Translations under genes and position numbers: made by a program
Origin: Candidatus Hydrogenedentota bacterium
GTDB taxonomy: Bacteria > Hydrogenedentota > Hydrogenedentia > Hydrogenedentales > SLHB01
Direction of reading: 5' to 3'
DNA length: 64,000 nt
Assembly (NCBI GenBank): GCA_045863335.1
Contig: BTVY01000003.1
Coordinates: 1-64,000, forward strand
Shown: positions 8,817 through 19,266 of the stretch, piece by piece
Layout of the letters: each line of letters opens with the position of its first letter
Numbering within the stretch: the stretch's first letter is position 1
The notes under the pieces: model-generated
The model's database searches: none
Seen by the model: only the letters and a program-made list of their open reading frames with translations
Told to the model about the DNA's origin: nothing

Positions 8817-11800
8817 ATGCCTGGTACTGCCCCACGCCGCGGAATAGAACGTAAGATCCTTACGTCCATTCTATCGTATTCGATCATTCCGCTGGCGATC
8901 GTCATGCTGCTCGGCCTCTATATCGCGCGGCAAGGCCAGGGCAATTCCGTGGAGCAGACGCTCCTGACGGCAGCCCAAAAAACCGCCAGTGGACTTCGGA
9001 TCGCGGCGTTGAGCCAGCTGAGTTCCGCCCGGAATCTGGCCCTGGATTCCCGGGTGGTGGCGGCGCTTACGCCAAACGCCCAAGGCAAGCCAAGCATCCA
9101 GAGTTCGCAGAACGCACAAACGGTACTTCGGGAATACCTGATGCAACGCACGGGCCCCGAATCTCCGGATTCCTTACCCACCATGATCGCCCTGTACGAC
9201 GCCCACGGCGAGATCATCATGAGCACACAGCCGTTGCCCGAAGGCATCGGCGATCATCCAGAGTGGCCGTGGACGGTTGAAGAAGCGCAGTACGTGGATT
9301 TCGCCAACCGGGCTGAGCCGAAACGGTATGTGGCCCAGACGGCGGCGCCGGTTCGCTCGCTCCACCAGCGGGACAAGATCGGGTACGTTTCGACGGTCAT
9401 CGACATCACGCCCCTCCTCAAATTCGCGTTGGGGTACGACCCCTACCGCGACAGTTCGCCGTCCAAGTCCGACTTGTTCCAGGTCGCCTACGTCGATCGC
9501 GCGGGCGAGATGAAGGTGACCCGGCTGGAGGGGTCGTCCGAATCGAGTGACGCGATGTTGACGGAACGGGTGCCGCTGGACGATCGGATCGCGCGCATCC
9601 TGGTAAACCACTCGACCAGCAATTCCGGCACGATACGGCCGGTTTGGTTTGCCCCGCCGGGGTCCATCAGCGACTCGTTCGTAGCCTATGACCGGCTCTT
9701 CGACGGGGAGAACGTGTTCATCCTCGTCAGCCGGTCCGCTGCCGATGTGTACTGGATTATCTACCTCTCGGGCATGGCTGCGGTCTTGGGCAGCATTGTG
9801 CTCATGGTGTTCTTGTGCTTGAACGCGTATCGCAACGTACACAACAACATCGTACGTCCCGTGCTGTTGCTCAACGAAGGGGCCCAGATCATCGGGCAGG
9901 GCGACCTCGAACTGAAGCTCAAGATTGGAACCGGCGACGAAATCGAGGAGTTGGCGTCGTCGTTCAACAAGATGGCGCTGGCGCTCAAACGGAACATCCG
10001 CCAGCTCGAGGAGTCAGAAGAAAAGTACCGCAGCCTGGTCACTTCCATGCGGGACGGGATCTTTCAAACCGATCCGGAGGGAGTTATCGGGTTCATGAAC
10101 CCGGCGGGCGTCGAGGTCTTCGGATTCGGGAGCGTAGACCAGGCTCTAGGGCAGAGCATCCGTGAGATGTTTCTCGAACCCGACGATCTCGCGCGATTCA
10201 ATCAGGCGCTCGCAGAGGAAGGATTTGTCGAACGGACGCGGGTCTGGATGAAGCGTCAGGACGGGCGATCGATTTGTATCGAGCTGTCGGGCAACCTGAT
10301 GCACGACGACGAGCACGCGGTGATAGGTGTTGAGGGCATCTTCCGCGACGTTACCAAGAGCATCCGGCTCGAGCATGAGGCGCGGGATCGCGCGGAGCGG
10401 CTCAGCGCGATCAATCAGATTGCCAACGTCATCAACTCCAGTCTCGAAGCGGGCCGGCTCTACGAGAGCCTGGTCGTGGAGATCAAGAAGCTCATCGATT
10501 TCGATTATGCGGAACTGGCGCTGCTGAACGAGTCAGGCCATGCATTCATCGTGCGGCAACTTTGGCCCGAACACGGCGAGGAAGAAACGCGGGAGTATAA
10601 GGTCGACGACGAGAGCAACTGCTCGTCCTGGGTCGCGGAACGTAAAGAGTGTCTTCTCGTCGACAATCTGGCGGAGGATGGAGGTACGTTTGCCGGGCAG
10701 TTCCCGGCGGGAACGCGCAGTTGCGTGTGCATTCCCTTGTACGCAACGGGGCGCATCATCGGCACGTTGAATGTGGGATCGAATCGCGAGGCCGCGTTTA
10801 CCAAACACGACGTGGAAGTGTTGGAGCAAGTTGCGCCCCACGTTGCGGTGGCGATCCGGAATGCGCAGTTGCTGGAGAATCTCCAGCTTTCCCTCGAGGA
10901 GGTGACTCGCGCCCGCGAGAAGCTGCATGACGCGAATGAAGAGCTGAAGACGCTGGACGAGATGAAGACCAATCTCTTGTCCAACGTGTCGCACGAACTT
11001 CGCACGCCACTGGTCGCCGTCATGGGGTACACCGACATGATTTTCAACGGAAAAGTCGGGCCGGTGAACGAGGTGCAGAAGGACTATCTTGGCATCAGCC
11101 TGCGCAATATCGAGAAGCTGGTGACGCTTATCGAGAACCTGCTGGACTTTTCCCGGCTTCACCGGGGGGCGGAGACCCTCGTGTTCGGCACGTTCGACCT
11201 GACCGAGTGCGCGCGGCTGAGCATGCAGATTGTTCAGCCCGTCGCGGACGGGCGCGAAATCGAGCTGGAACTTCTTGCCCCGGAAGACCCCGTTTTCGTC
11301 GAAGGCGACAAGGGGAAGATGGGGCAGGTTTTCAACAACCTGCTCTCCAACGCGGTGAAGTTCAATCACAAAGGCGGTACGGTGACGGTGGAGATCCGGC
11401 CCACGACTACGAGCGTGGACGTGGAGGTGCGCGACACGGGTATCGGCATTCCAGAGGAAGCTCTGGACAAGGTGTTTACCCGCTTCTACCAGTACGACAG
11501 TTCATCGACGCGCAAGTACGGTGGGACCGGAATCGGGCTGTCCATTGCGCAGGATATCGCCCGGTTGCACGGCAGCCGGATTGTCGTATCAAGTGAAGTT
11601 GGGAAGGGCAGCACGTTCCGATTCTCGCTGCCGTTGCGGGAGGCCCGTGTACGGGATGGCGGAGATGGTAGTCTGGACGAAGGCATTCCGCCGGGCACCC
11701 GGCTGCTGGTTGAACTGGTCACGAACGACCGCTCGTTGAGTATGCAGATTCGAACATTGCTGATGGCCGAAGGCATGGACGTCATTCATGCCTTGAACGG

Positions 11801-12458
11801 AAGTCATGCCGTAGTGTTGGCGCACCGGCACAGCCCGGACTGCATCATCGTGGACACGGAGTCGTCTGAAAAGGGCAACGAGATCGTCGATACGATTCTG
11901 GCGGAACCCGATTCGGCGGATCTTCCGGTAATCATGTTGACGAGCGACGACGAGTTGTATGGCCGGTACGAGGCGCTGGTCGCGGCGCGAATCAAACGGA
12001 CGTTTCGTAAGAGCGCGTTGCTCAGCGCCATTCATTACGCGGTAGGCCGTGCAGTAGGCACGACGGAGCCTGCGGGGCATCGAATTCTGTGCGTCGACGA
12101 CGACACGGAGATCGTGACGTTTATGATGCGCTGCTTGGAGTCGGAGGGCTACGACATCGCGCAGTGCAGCACCGGCGAAGAGGCGATTAAACTGCTTTCC
12201 GGCGGGGACTATGGACTGGTGCTGCTTGACATCGCCATGCCGGGAATGGACGGCTGGGAGACCTGCCGCCGGATTAAGTCCGATCCGGGCACTGCGGCGA
12301 TCAGTGTGTACATGGTTACCGCCAAACCGATCGACAGCGCTTCACCGCAGTTCCGGCGGAGCGGGGCCGACGGATATCTTCTGAAACCATTCCATGCGGA
12401 AGACCTCCTTGAACTGGTGCAGGGACTTCCGCTTCTTCGCGCGACGAAAGAGGCCTAG
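8817..12458 (+). CDS. Hybrid sensor histidine kinase (TM-sensor-TM, HAMP, PAS, GAF, HisKA, HATPase, 2x REC)
   Basis: SHELRTPL, NLLSNAVKF, DTGIGI, GGTGIGLSI; first REC degenerate, second intact. Confidence 0.95.
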   Translation: MPGTAPRRGIERKILTSILSYSIIPLAIVMLLGLYIARQGQGNSVEQTLLTAAQKTASGLRIAALSQLSSARNLALDSRVVAALTPNAQGKPSIQSSQNAQTVLREYLMQRTGPESPDSLPTMIALYDAHGEIIMSTQPLPEGIGDHPEWPWTVEEAQYVDFANRAEPKRYVAQTAAPVRSLHQRDKIGYVSTVIDITPLLKFALGYDPYRDSSPSKSDLFQVAYVDRAGEMKVTRLEGSSESSDAMLTERVPLDDRIARILVNHSTSNSGTIRPVWFAPPGSISDSFVAYDRLFDGENVFILVSRSAADVYWIIYLSGMAAVLGSIVLMVFLCLNAYRNVHNNIVRPVLLLNEGAQIIGQGDLELKLKIGTGDEIEELASSFNKMALALKRNIRQLEESEEKYRSLVTSMRDGIFQTDPEGVIGFMNPAGVEVFGFGSVDQALGQSIREMFLEPDDLARFNQALAEEGFVERTRVWMKRQDGRSICIELSGNLMHDDEHAVIGVEGIFRDVTKSIRLEHEARDRAERLSAINQIANVINSSLEAGRLYESLVVEIKKLIDFDYAELALLNESGHAFIVRQLWPEHGEEETREYKVDDESNCSSWVAERKECLLVDNLAEDGGTFAGQFPAGTRSCVCIPLYATGRIIGTLNVGSNREAAFTKHDVEVLEQVAPHVAVAIRNAQLLENLQLSLEEVTRAREKLHDANEELKTLDEMKTNLLSNVSHELRTPLVAVMGYTDMIFNGKVGPVNEVQKDYLGISLRNIEKLVTLIENLLDFSRLHRGAETLVFGTFDLTECARLSMQIVQPVADGREIELELLAPEDPVFVEGDKGKMGQVFNNLLSNAVKFNHKGGTVTVEIRPTTTSVDVEVRDTGIGIPEEALDKVFTRFYQYDSSSTRKYGGTGIGLSIAQDIARLHGSRIVVSSEVGKGSTFRFSLPLREARVRDGGDGSLDEGIPPGTRLLVELVTNDRSLSMQIRTLLMAEGMDVIHALNGSHAVVLAHRHSPDCIIVDTESSEKGNEIVDTILAEPDSADLPVIMLTSDDELYGRYEALVAARIKRTFRKSALLSAIHYAVGRAVGTTEPAGHRILCVDDDTEIVTFMMRCLESEGYDIAQCSTGEEAIKLLSGGDYGLVLLDIAMPGMDGWETCRRIKSDPGTAAISVYMVTAKPIDSASPQFRRSGADGYLLKPFHAEDLLELVQGLPLLRATKEA

Positions 12459-12461
12459 TTC

Positions 12462-14285
12462 GTGTCCACATCCGGTCAATTGGCGCTCGCGGGGCGCCCG
12501 TTCCGAACGATCCTGCGTTATAACAAGCGGTACTGGAAAGCTTACCTGCTGGGTAGCGTCCTAGCCATGTTGTTTTCCCTGTTTAGTCTCGCCATGCCGC
12601 TGGTTATGCAGATCGTCGTCGATGATTTCACGAACGAGACCATGACGCGGCCCAAGCTTTGGGGATACTTCAGCGCCTTGATCGTTCTCGCAGGTGTTGT
12701 CGGAATCCTGCGCTACTTCGAGCGGATGATCATGATTCGCGCATCGCGCAAGTTTGAGTACGACCTTCGCAACGACTACTTCCAGAAGATTCAGACGCTC
12801 TCGCAGGATTTTTTTCACCGGACCCAAACCGGCGAGATTATCGCGCGGGCGACAAACGACTTGAATTACGTGCGCGCGCTGATCGGCCCTGGCGTCATGG
12901 GAACGGTGGACATGCTGCGCTTGCCGTTCACCATGGCGTTCATGATCTATCTGAGCGGGCACCTCACGCTCGTGTCCCTTATACCACTGCCTTTCGTTTC
13001 ACTGATGGTCTATGGCTTCGTCATGGCCATGCACCATCAGTCGAAGCGCGTGCAGGATCAGTTTGGCGTGGTGAGTTCCCGCGCGCAGGAGAATCTGGCG
13101 GGCGCCCGCGTCGTGCAAGCCTATGGTATTGCGGATCGCGAGTTGCGCGAGTTCAGCCGGGAGTCCCGCACGTACATGCGCGAGAACTTCAAGCTGTCCA
13201 TGATCATGTCCTTCGCGTGGCCCATCATCAACTTGATGGTGGGCGCCACCATCCTGGTCGTGCTCTGGCGCGGAGGCAACATGGTCATCGCAGAGACGGA
13301 AGTCAGCCGGTTGACGTGGAATGGCGGGCTGATTCACGAAACGGTCGTGTTCTCACTGGGAGACCTTACCGCGTTTTTGTGGTGCATGCTGCTGCTCGCG
13401 TGGCCGTTGGCGGACTTCGGCTGGGTGTTGACGCTTTACCAGCGCGGCGCGGTCAGCATGAACCGGATTTCGGACTACCTGACCTTGACGCCTACGATTC
13501 GCGATACGGACGCAACGGATCACTCGGTTTCGGGTATTGAGGGACGCATCCGTTTCGACGATGTGTCGTTCTCGTACGACGGGCGCGAGGCGCTCGGTGG
13601 CATTGACTTTCATGTGGAGCCGGGGCATACGCTGGCGATTGTAGGGCCGACTGGTTCAGGAAAATCGACGATTGTGTCGCTGCTGACGCGCGAGTACGAC
13701 CCAACGAAGGGGAGTGTGCTCATAGACGAGATGGATGCTCGCCGGATCCCGTTGCGCGTTTTGCGCGGCGCCATAGGTCATGTGCCGCAGGACACCTTTC
13801 TCTTCTCCGACACGATTCGAGAAAACATGACGTTGGGCCGTTCCGGCGCCAGCGATGCGGACGTCGCGGAAGCGGCGGACGTGGCACAGCTCAGCGATAC
13901 CATCCAGTCATTGCCGGATGGATACCAGACGCTGTTGGGAGAACGCGGCGTAAACCTGTCCGGCGGACAGAAGCAACGGCTGGCCATCGCCCGCGCTATT
14001 GTGCGGGACCCTGAAATCCTCATTCTGGACGACGCTTTGTCGAGCGTGGATACGCATACCGAGGAGGAAATACTGCAGCGGCTGAAGGAGGTCATGGCGA
14101 ACCGGACGAGCGTCATTATTTCGCATCGCGTTTCGACGGTGCGCCATGCCGACCAGATTATCGTCATGGAACAGGGGCGCATTGTGGAACGCGGCACGCA
14201 CGCGGAATTGACTGCGCGAGGCGGGTTGTACGCGGAGATGTATGAGCGGCAGTTGCTGGAAGACGCGCTGGAGGACGAGGCGTGA
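12462..14285 (+). CDS. ABC exporter fused permease/ATPase (MdlA/YheI-like)
   Basis: GPTGSGKS, LSGGQKQR, LILDD (degenerate catalytic Glu). Confidence 0.95.
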   Translation: MSTSGQLALAGRPFRTILRYNKRYWKAYLLGSVLAMLFSLFSLAMPLVMQIVVDDFTNETMTRPKLWGYFSALIVLAGVVGILRYFERMIMIRASRKFEYDLRNDYFQKIQTLSQDFFHRTQTGEIIARATNDLNYVRALIGPGVMGTVDMLRLPFTMAFMIYLSGHLTLVSLIPLPFVSLMVYGFVMAMHHQSKRVQDQFGVVSSRAQENLAGARVVQAYGIADRELREFSRESRTYMRENFKLSMIMSFAWPIINLMVGATILVVLWRGGNMVIAETEVSRLTWNGGLIHETVVFSLGDLTAFLWCMLLLAWPLADFGWVLTLYQRGAVSMNRISDYLTLTPTIRDTDATDHSVSGIEGRIRFDDVSFSYDGREALGGIDFHVEPGHTLAIVGPTGSGKSTIVSLLTREYDPTKGSVLIDEMDARRIPLRVLRGAIGHVPQDTFLFSDTIRENMTLGRSGASDADVAEAADVAQLSDTIQSLPDGYQTLLGERGVNLSGGQKQRLAIARAIVRDPEILILDDALSSVDTHTEEEILQRLKEVMANRTSVIISHRVSTVRHADQIIVMEQGRIVERGTHAELTARGGLYAEMYERQLLEDALEDEA

Positions 14286-16177
14286 GCGACGGATACCATG
14301 TCGAGGACGAAGTCGAGCAGCGCGCATACGACGGAAAGTTGATGCGCCGGCTCCTCGCGTACGTGAAACCGTATCGCGCGCTCATCGTCGTTGCCGTTGC
14401 GTTGCTCCTGGTCGCCGCGCTCGCGGGGAATCTGGTTCCCTGGTTGAACATGCGCGCCATCGACGCCTGCATCAATAATCCCGAGCGGGTTCATTTGATG
14501 GAGCAGATTCAGCAGGCGGATGGTGAGCCTTCCGCCGAACTGCTGGCCCAGCATGACGCCCTGGCTGCCGCCGACCGGAAACGCCTTTTGTCGTACATCG
14601 GGTTTATCGGCGCGTTCATGTTGCTGGAAGCGTTCACGCGCTATCTCCAGATGGTGATCGTGGCGTATGTGGGCCAGAAGACTATGTTCGAAATGCGGAT
14701 CGGTGTCTTCGATCATCTTCAGCGCATGTCGTTGCAGTTCCTGGATCGGAATCCGGTGGGACGTCTACTGACGCGTGTAACCAACGACGTGGAGAAAATC
14801 CAGGCGACCATCGTGACCGGCATGGTGGAGGTCGCGAGCGATCTCTTTACGATCGTGGTTGTGCTGGGTTTCATGCTTTGGGTGAATTGGCAGCTTACGT
14901 TGGTTGTGCTGATCACGGTTCCGTTCGTGTTTGCCACGAGCATGGTGTTCCGCAAGTTCGCGCGCGTTTCCTATCTCGAAATTCGTAGGAAAATTGCCGG
15001 TCTCAACGCGTACACGCAGGAAATCGTCAGTGGAATGCGCGTCGTGCAACTGTTCGGCCGCGAAGATACCACCTTCGAAGCGTACCGCCGTCGGAATGCG
15101 GATCACCGGGACGAGTGGTTCCGGCAGGTGCGCAATTACGCCGTCTATTTTCCGGTGATCGATTTCCTGGGCACCTTTGCGCTGGCGCTGATCATCCTCT
15201 ATCACGGTTCGACCATTCTCGGGTATCAGCTCACGGGGGAGCGCGCCATCGAGATTGGTACCTTCATCGCCTTCGTACAGTGGGCGGAACGCCTCTTCGG
15301 ACCGGTGCGCGCCCTGGCCGACCGGTACAATCTGCTGCTCGAGGCCATGGCCTCGTCGGAGCGGATCTTCGGGTTGCTGGATACGCCGGAGGGCATCGCC
15401 AACAAACCGGACGCGGTGACGCCGGAGCGCCTCCAGGGCGCGGTGACATTTGAAGATGTGTGGTTCAGTTACATGCCCGGGCAACCCGTGCTGAAAGGGA
15501 TCAATCTCACCATCCAGCCCGGCGAACGGGTCGCGATCGTGGGGCACACGGGCGCGGGCAAGACCACCTTTATCAATCTGCTCAGCCGGTTTTATGACAT
15601 CGACAGCGGCCGCATAACGGTAGACGGCGTGGACGTGCGCGATTACGACAAAACGGAACTGCGGCGGCGGATTGGCATCGTGCTTCAAGACGTGTTCCTG
15701 TTCTCCGGGACGGTCGAGCAGAATATCCGCCTCGGTAATGAAAGCCTGTCGGATGAGCGGTTGCGGGAGTGCGCGCAGTATGTCAATGCGGCGCCGTTTA
15801 TCGAACGCCTTCCGGGGGACTATCAGTATGATGTGGGCGAACGCGGCTGCAACCTGTCGACGGGGCAGCGGCAACTGCTGGCCTTTGCCAGGGCACTGGC
15901 GCACGACCCGCAGATCCTCGTGTTGGACGAAGCGACTTCAAGCGTGGACACGGCGTCGGAAACGCTGATTCAGGACGCGATCCTCAAGTTGATGGAGAAT
16001 CGCACGTCGATTGTGATTGCCCATCGCCTGTCCACCGTGCAACATGCGGACCGGATCATCGTGATGCATCATGGTGAGATTCGCGAGATGGGCACCCATC
16101 AGGAGTTGTTGGCGCAGCGGGGGCTTTACTACACCTTGTATCGCCTGCAATACAAGGATCAGACGAGCGCCGCCTGA
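14282..16177 (+). CDS. ABC exporter fused permease/ATPase (MdlB/YheH-like)
   Basis: GHTGAGKT, LSTGQRQ, LVLDEATS; GTGA overlap with partner. Confidence 0.95.
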   Translation: MSDGYHVEDEVEQRAYDGKLMRRLLAYVKPYRALIVVAVALLLVAALAGNLVPWLNMRAIDACINNPERVHLMEQIQQADGEPSAELLAQHDALAAADRKRLLSYIGFIGAFMLLEAFTRYLQMVIVAYVGQKTMFEMRIGVFDHLQRMSLQFLDRNPVGRLLTRVTNDVEKIQATIVTGMVEVASDLFTIVVVLGFMLWVNWQLTLVVLITVPFVFATSMVFRKFARVSYLEIRRKIAGLNAYTQEIVSGMRVVQLFGREDTTFEAYRRRNADHRDEWFRQVRNYAVYFPVIDFLGTFALALIILYHGSTILGYQLTGERAIEIGTFIAFVQWAERLFGPVRALADRYNLLLEAMASSERIFGLLDTPEGIANKPDAVTPERLQGAVTFEDVWFSYMPGQPVLKGINLTIQPGERVAIVGHTGAGKTTFINLLSRFYDIDSGRITVDGVDVRDYDKTELRRRIGIVLQDVFLFSGTVEQNIRLGNESLSDERLRECAQYVNAAPFIERLPGDYQYDVGERGCNLSTGQRQLLAFARALAHDPQILVLDEATSSVDTASETLIQDAILKLMENRTSIVIAHRLSTVQHADRIIVMHHGEIREMGTHQELLAQRGLYYTLYRLQYKDQTSAA

Positions 16178-16264
16178 CGTTTGGACGATCGATTTGGAAG
16201 TTCTTTCCCGCTGCGTTACTCTTAGTAGTCCAGCGTTTTCAGGTGGACATTAAGGAGACGTATC

Positions 16265-17140
16265 ATGACCGCACTATTTGTACTGGTAAGCTTAGCGGCC
16301 CTTCAGGGGGACGAATTGATCGTTTCGACCAATGATCTCGCTTCGATGCAGGACGTCCTGGTCGTGGACGCGCGACCGCGCGATCTCTACACCGCTGCGC
16401 ATATCCCCGGCGCGGCCAGTATGGATGTCGACAGCCTGGCGGAGAATCGGGGAAGCGTGGCTGGCCTGCTGCGCCCCCTGCCGGAGGTTCGCCGGAGCTT
16501 GAGCCAGGCAGGGATCGATCCGTCCAAACATATTGTCGTGTACTCCGAACTGGATTCCGCCGACGACTTCAAGACGGCGACGCGGCTATTCTGGATCCTC
16601 GAGTATTTGGGGTACGAGCGTGTGTCCATTCTCGACGGCGGCTTCGCGAAGTGGAAGGCGGAAGGGCGGGACACTGCGCAGGGGCCATCGACAGTGGAAC
16701 CGGTGAAGATCCCTAAACTTTCCGTGCGGGAAGACCGGCTCGCCACGACCAAGGAAGTTCAGGAGGCGGTTGACTCCAAGTCCGCCGCGCTCGCGGATCT
16801 GCGGTCTCCCGAGTATTACTGCGGTGAGAAGAAGGCGGAGGTGACTCAGGAAGCGGGGCACATCCCGTCGGCTTCCAATATCCCTGCGGACGACTTTGTG
16901 TCGGGGAGCGACGGCACAGTGAAGTCGTGGGAGGAATTGCAGGCGTTGATGCAGAACGGCGGGGTATCGGAGAACGACCCGGCGATTATGTACTGCAACA
17001 CGGGCCGGTCGGCAAGCGTCGGTTATTTCGTTCTGCGGCGTATGGGAAATGAGAACGTGTCCTTGTATGACGGTTCGATGTCGGAGTGGACGGCGAAACG
17101 GAAGGATGTGGAAACGTCTCCGGCTGGCGCGAAGGAGTGA
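16265..17140 (+). CDS. Tandem-rhodanese sulfurtransferase (SseA-like)
   Basis: HIPGA, LDGGFAKW, YCNTGRSA active loop, LYDGSMSEW; aggag RBS. Confidence 0.9.
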   Translation: MTALFVLVSLAALQGDELIVSTNDLASMQDVLVVDARPRDLYTAAHIPGAASMDVDSLAENRGSVAGLLRPLPEVRRSLSQAGIDPSKHIVVYSELDSADDFKTATRLFWILEYLGYERVSILDGGFAKWKAEGRDTAQGPSTVEPVKIPKLSVREDRLATTKEVQEAVDSKSAALADLRSPEYYCGEKKAEVTQEAGHIPSASNIPADDFVSGSDGTVKSWEELQALMQNGGVSENDPAIMYCNTGRSASVGYFVLRRMGNENVSLYDGSMSEWTAKRKDVETSPAGAKE

Positions 17141-17180
17141 GCGGCGGTTTAGCCTATCGTGTTTAGGATGCCTGGAGGAG

Positions 17181-17292
17181 AACGGGCGTCCCGCCCGTTT
17201 AAACCCATGGGCTGGAAGCCCATGACACCTCGAATCATGGCCTGGAAGGCCATGGCACCTCGAATCACGGGCTGGAAGCCCGTGGCACCTCG
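17181..17292. repeat. REP hairpin followed by three tandem 30-bp hairpin units
   Basis: aacgggcgtcccgcccgtt, then cayggsctggaagsccrtgrcacctcg(aat) x3 starting at 17206, 17236, 17266. Confidence 0.9.
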
Positions 17293-17326
17293 GGGTAGGA
17301 AGTTTGGGTTCAGGAGAGTTTGATTT

Positions 17327-18493
17327 ATGCAGTATCGCCGGTTTGGAAAGACGGAGATTCAGATTCCGGTCATCAGTTGCGGGGGGATGCGGTTCCAGGA
17401 ATCCTGGAACTCGGGCGACGACGTTTCGGAGGAGAGCCAGAAAAACCTCGAAGCGACGGTCCGCCGCGCGTTTGAACTGGGCATCAATCACTTCGAAACG
17501 GCGCGGGGCTACGGCACCAGCGAATACCAGCTCGGCAAAATCCTACCGCAACTGCCGCGGGATGAGATTATCGTTCAGACGAAGGTGGGCGCCTGCGCGA
17601 ATCCGCAGGAGTTCGTGGACACGTTCAACTATTCCATGAGCCTGCTTAACCTGGACTATGTGGACCTCTTCGCCATGCACGGCATCAACAACGCCGAATG
17701 CCACGAGCATGCCAAGGTTTGCATGGATCACGCGCTGCAATGGAAGAAAGAAGGCCGTATTCGCAATCTTGGCTTCAGCACCCATGACAACTGCGCGGGG
17801 ATTATCAAGACTATCGAATTGGAAACCTTTGATTATGTCAATTTGCACTGGTACTACATATTCCAGGATAACTGGCCCGCGATTCTCGAAGCGAATAAAC
17901 GCGACATGGGTGTGTTCATCATCAGTCCAAATGAGAAGGGCGGGCTGTTGTTCAAGGAGAGCGACAAGCTCCGTGAGTTATGCGATCCCCTGCATCCCAT
18001 GGTGTTCAACGGGCTTTTTTGCCTGGCGCGGCCGGAGGTGCACACGCTGAGTTGCGGCGCATCAAAGCCGTCGGACTTCGAGATCCATCTGGAAACGGCG
18101 GAACTCTGCGATCAGGCCGCGGGAGTTGCTGGTCCTATTGAAGCACGGCTCGATGAAGAAATGGACCGCGTGCTGGGCAAGGAGTGGGTGGAATTCTGGG
18201 ACGAGGGCCTGCCGGAGTGGCACGAAACGCCGGGTGAGCTGAACATCCCGTGGATACTCCGGCTGCGCAATCTGGCGCTGGCCTTTGACATGATCGAGTT
18301 CGGGAAGATGCGCTACAACCTCTTCGGCAGCGGCGGCCACTGGTTTCCGGGAAAGCAGGTGGAAGACCTGGAGACGCTCGATCTTTCGGAATGCCTCAAG
18401 AATTCGCCCTACCGCGATCAGATTCCCGCCCTGATCGCGGAGACGCACGCGATGCTGGTTGGAGAGAAGCGGAAACGGCTTCAGGCAGAGTGA
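17327..18493 (+). CDS. Aldo/keto reductase family protein
   Basis: MQYRRFGKT, GINHFETARGYG, GFSTH. Confidence 0.9.
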   Translation: MQYRRFGKTEIQIPVISCGGMRFQESWNSGDDVSEESQKNLEATVRRAFELGINHFETARGYGTSEYQLGKILPQLPRDEIIVQTKVGACANPQEFVDTFNYSMSLLNLDYVDLFAMHGINNAECHEHAKVCMDHALQWKKEGRIRNLGFSTHDNCAGIIKTIELETFDYVNLHWYYIFQDNWPAILEANKRDMGVFIISPNEKGGLLFKESDKLRELCDPLHPMVFNGLFCLARPEVHTLSCGASKPSDFEIHLETAELCDQAAGVAGPIEARLDEEMDRVLGKEWVEFWDEGLPEWHETPGELNIPWILRLRNLALAFDMIEFGKMRYNLFGSGGHWFPGKQVEDLETLDLSECLKNSPYRDQIPALIAETHAMLVGEKRKRLQAE

Positions 18494-18528
18494 GGGAAAA
18501 TAGGGACACCCATTAGGTGATCTTTCGT

Positions 18529-19266
18529 CTACAGGTGACGTTTGCGCGCGAGAGCGAAGACGGAGAGTCCGAAGGGCAAGGGCATTCGGCGAAGGACTGT
18601 CCGTTCCAGGGCGAGGCAGGCGCTAAACAGGGGCGACAGTGCGGATGGGCGTTGTTCGTCCAAGTCGGAAGCGGGAAGCGGGAACGCTTTCCTCCACAAT
18701 CGCACGGCGGCGATGGCCGGAAACAAAACCGTGTTCCAGTATGTGGATTCGACCACCTCAAACCCGCAAGAATTCAAAATAAACGATGACTCAGTTCGGG
18801 TGAATCGCCTATCGGTGTAGACATGGACGTCGTGCGACGAATGTAGCCATTGGTATGCGGGTAGATTCAGGAAGAGCAGTCCGCCCGGTTTCAATACTCG
18901 GTACATTTCTCGCACCGGAATCGTTTTGTCCCGGATGCTCCGATGGCACAACACGTCGCAAGAGATGATGACGTCGAATTGTTCGGCAGGGTAGGGGAGG
19001 CCCTCTGCGGACGCGACGGCGGTCGCTTGCAAGTCCCGTATTCGGCACAGGTGAATCGCCTCGGGAGCGGCATCGACACCGGTTGCCGTCGCGACGTCGC
19101 GCACGGCGTCGAGAGTCGCCCCGGTTCCGCAACCGACGTCAAGTACGCAGGGACATTCCATTTTGACGTGGCGCTGCCAGTAGAGATCGAGCAGCCCGCG
19201 CAGGCCCACGTACCACCAATGGTGGTCCTCGACGCGGAACATGATTTCATATTCGTCGGATTTCAC
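18529..19266 (-). CDS. Class I SAM-dependent methyltransferase
   Basis: EDHHWWY, VLDVGCGTG, RVLKPGG; GTG 19266 overlaps upstream TGA. Confidence 0.9.
   Translation of the reverse strand: MKSDEYEIMFRVEDHHWWYVGLRGLLDLYWQRHVKMECPCVLDVGCGTGATLDAVRDVATATGVDAAPEAIHLCRIRDLQATAVASAEGLPYPAEQFDVIISCDVLCHRSIRDKTIPVREMYRVLKPGGLLFLNLPAYQWLHSSHDVHVYTDRRFTRTESSFILNSCGFEVVESTYWNTVLFPAIAAVRLWRKAFPLPASDLDEQRPSALSPLFSACLALERTVLRRMPLPFGLSVFALARKRHL

Noticed and set aside
17206-17292. Possible mini-CRISPR
   Set aside because: Units are contiguous with no unique spacers, and there are no cas genes
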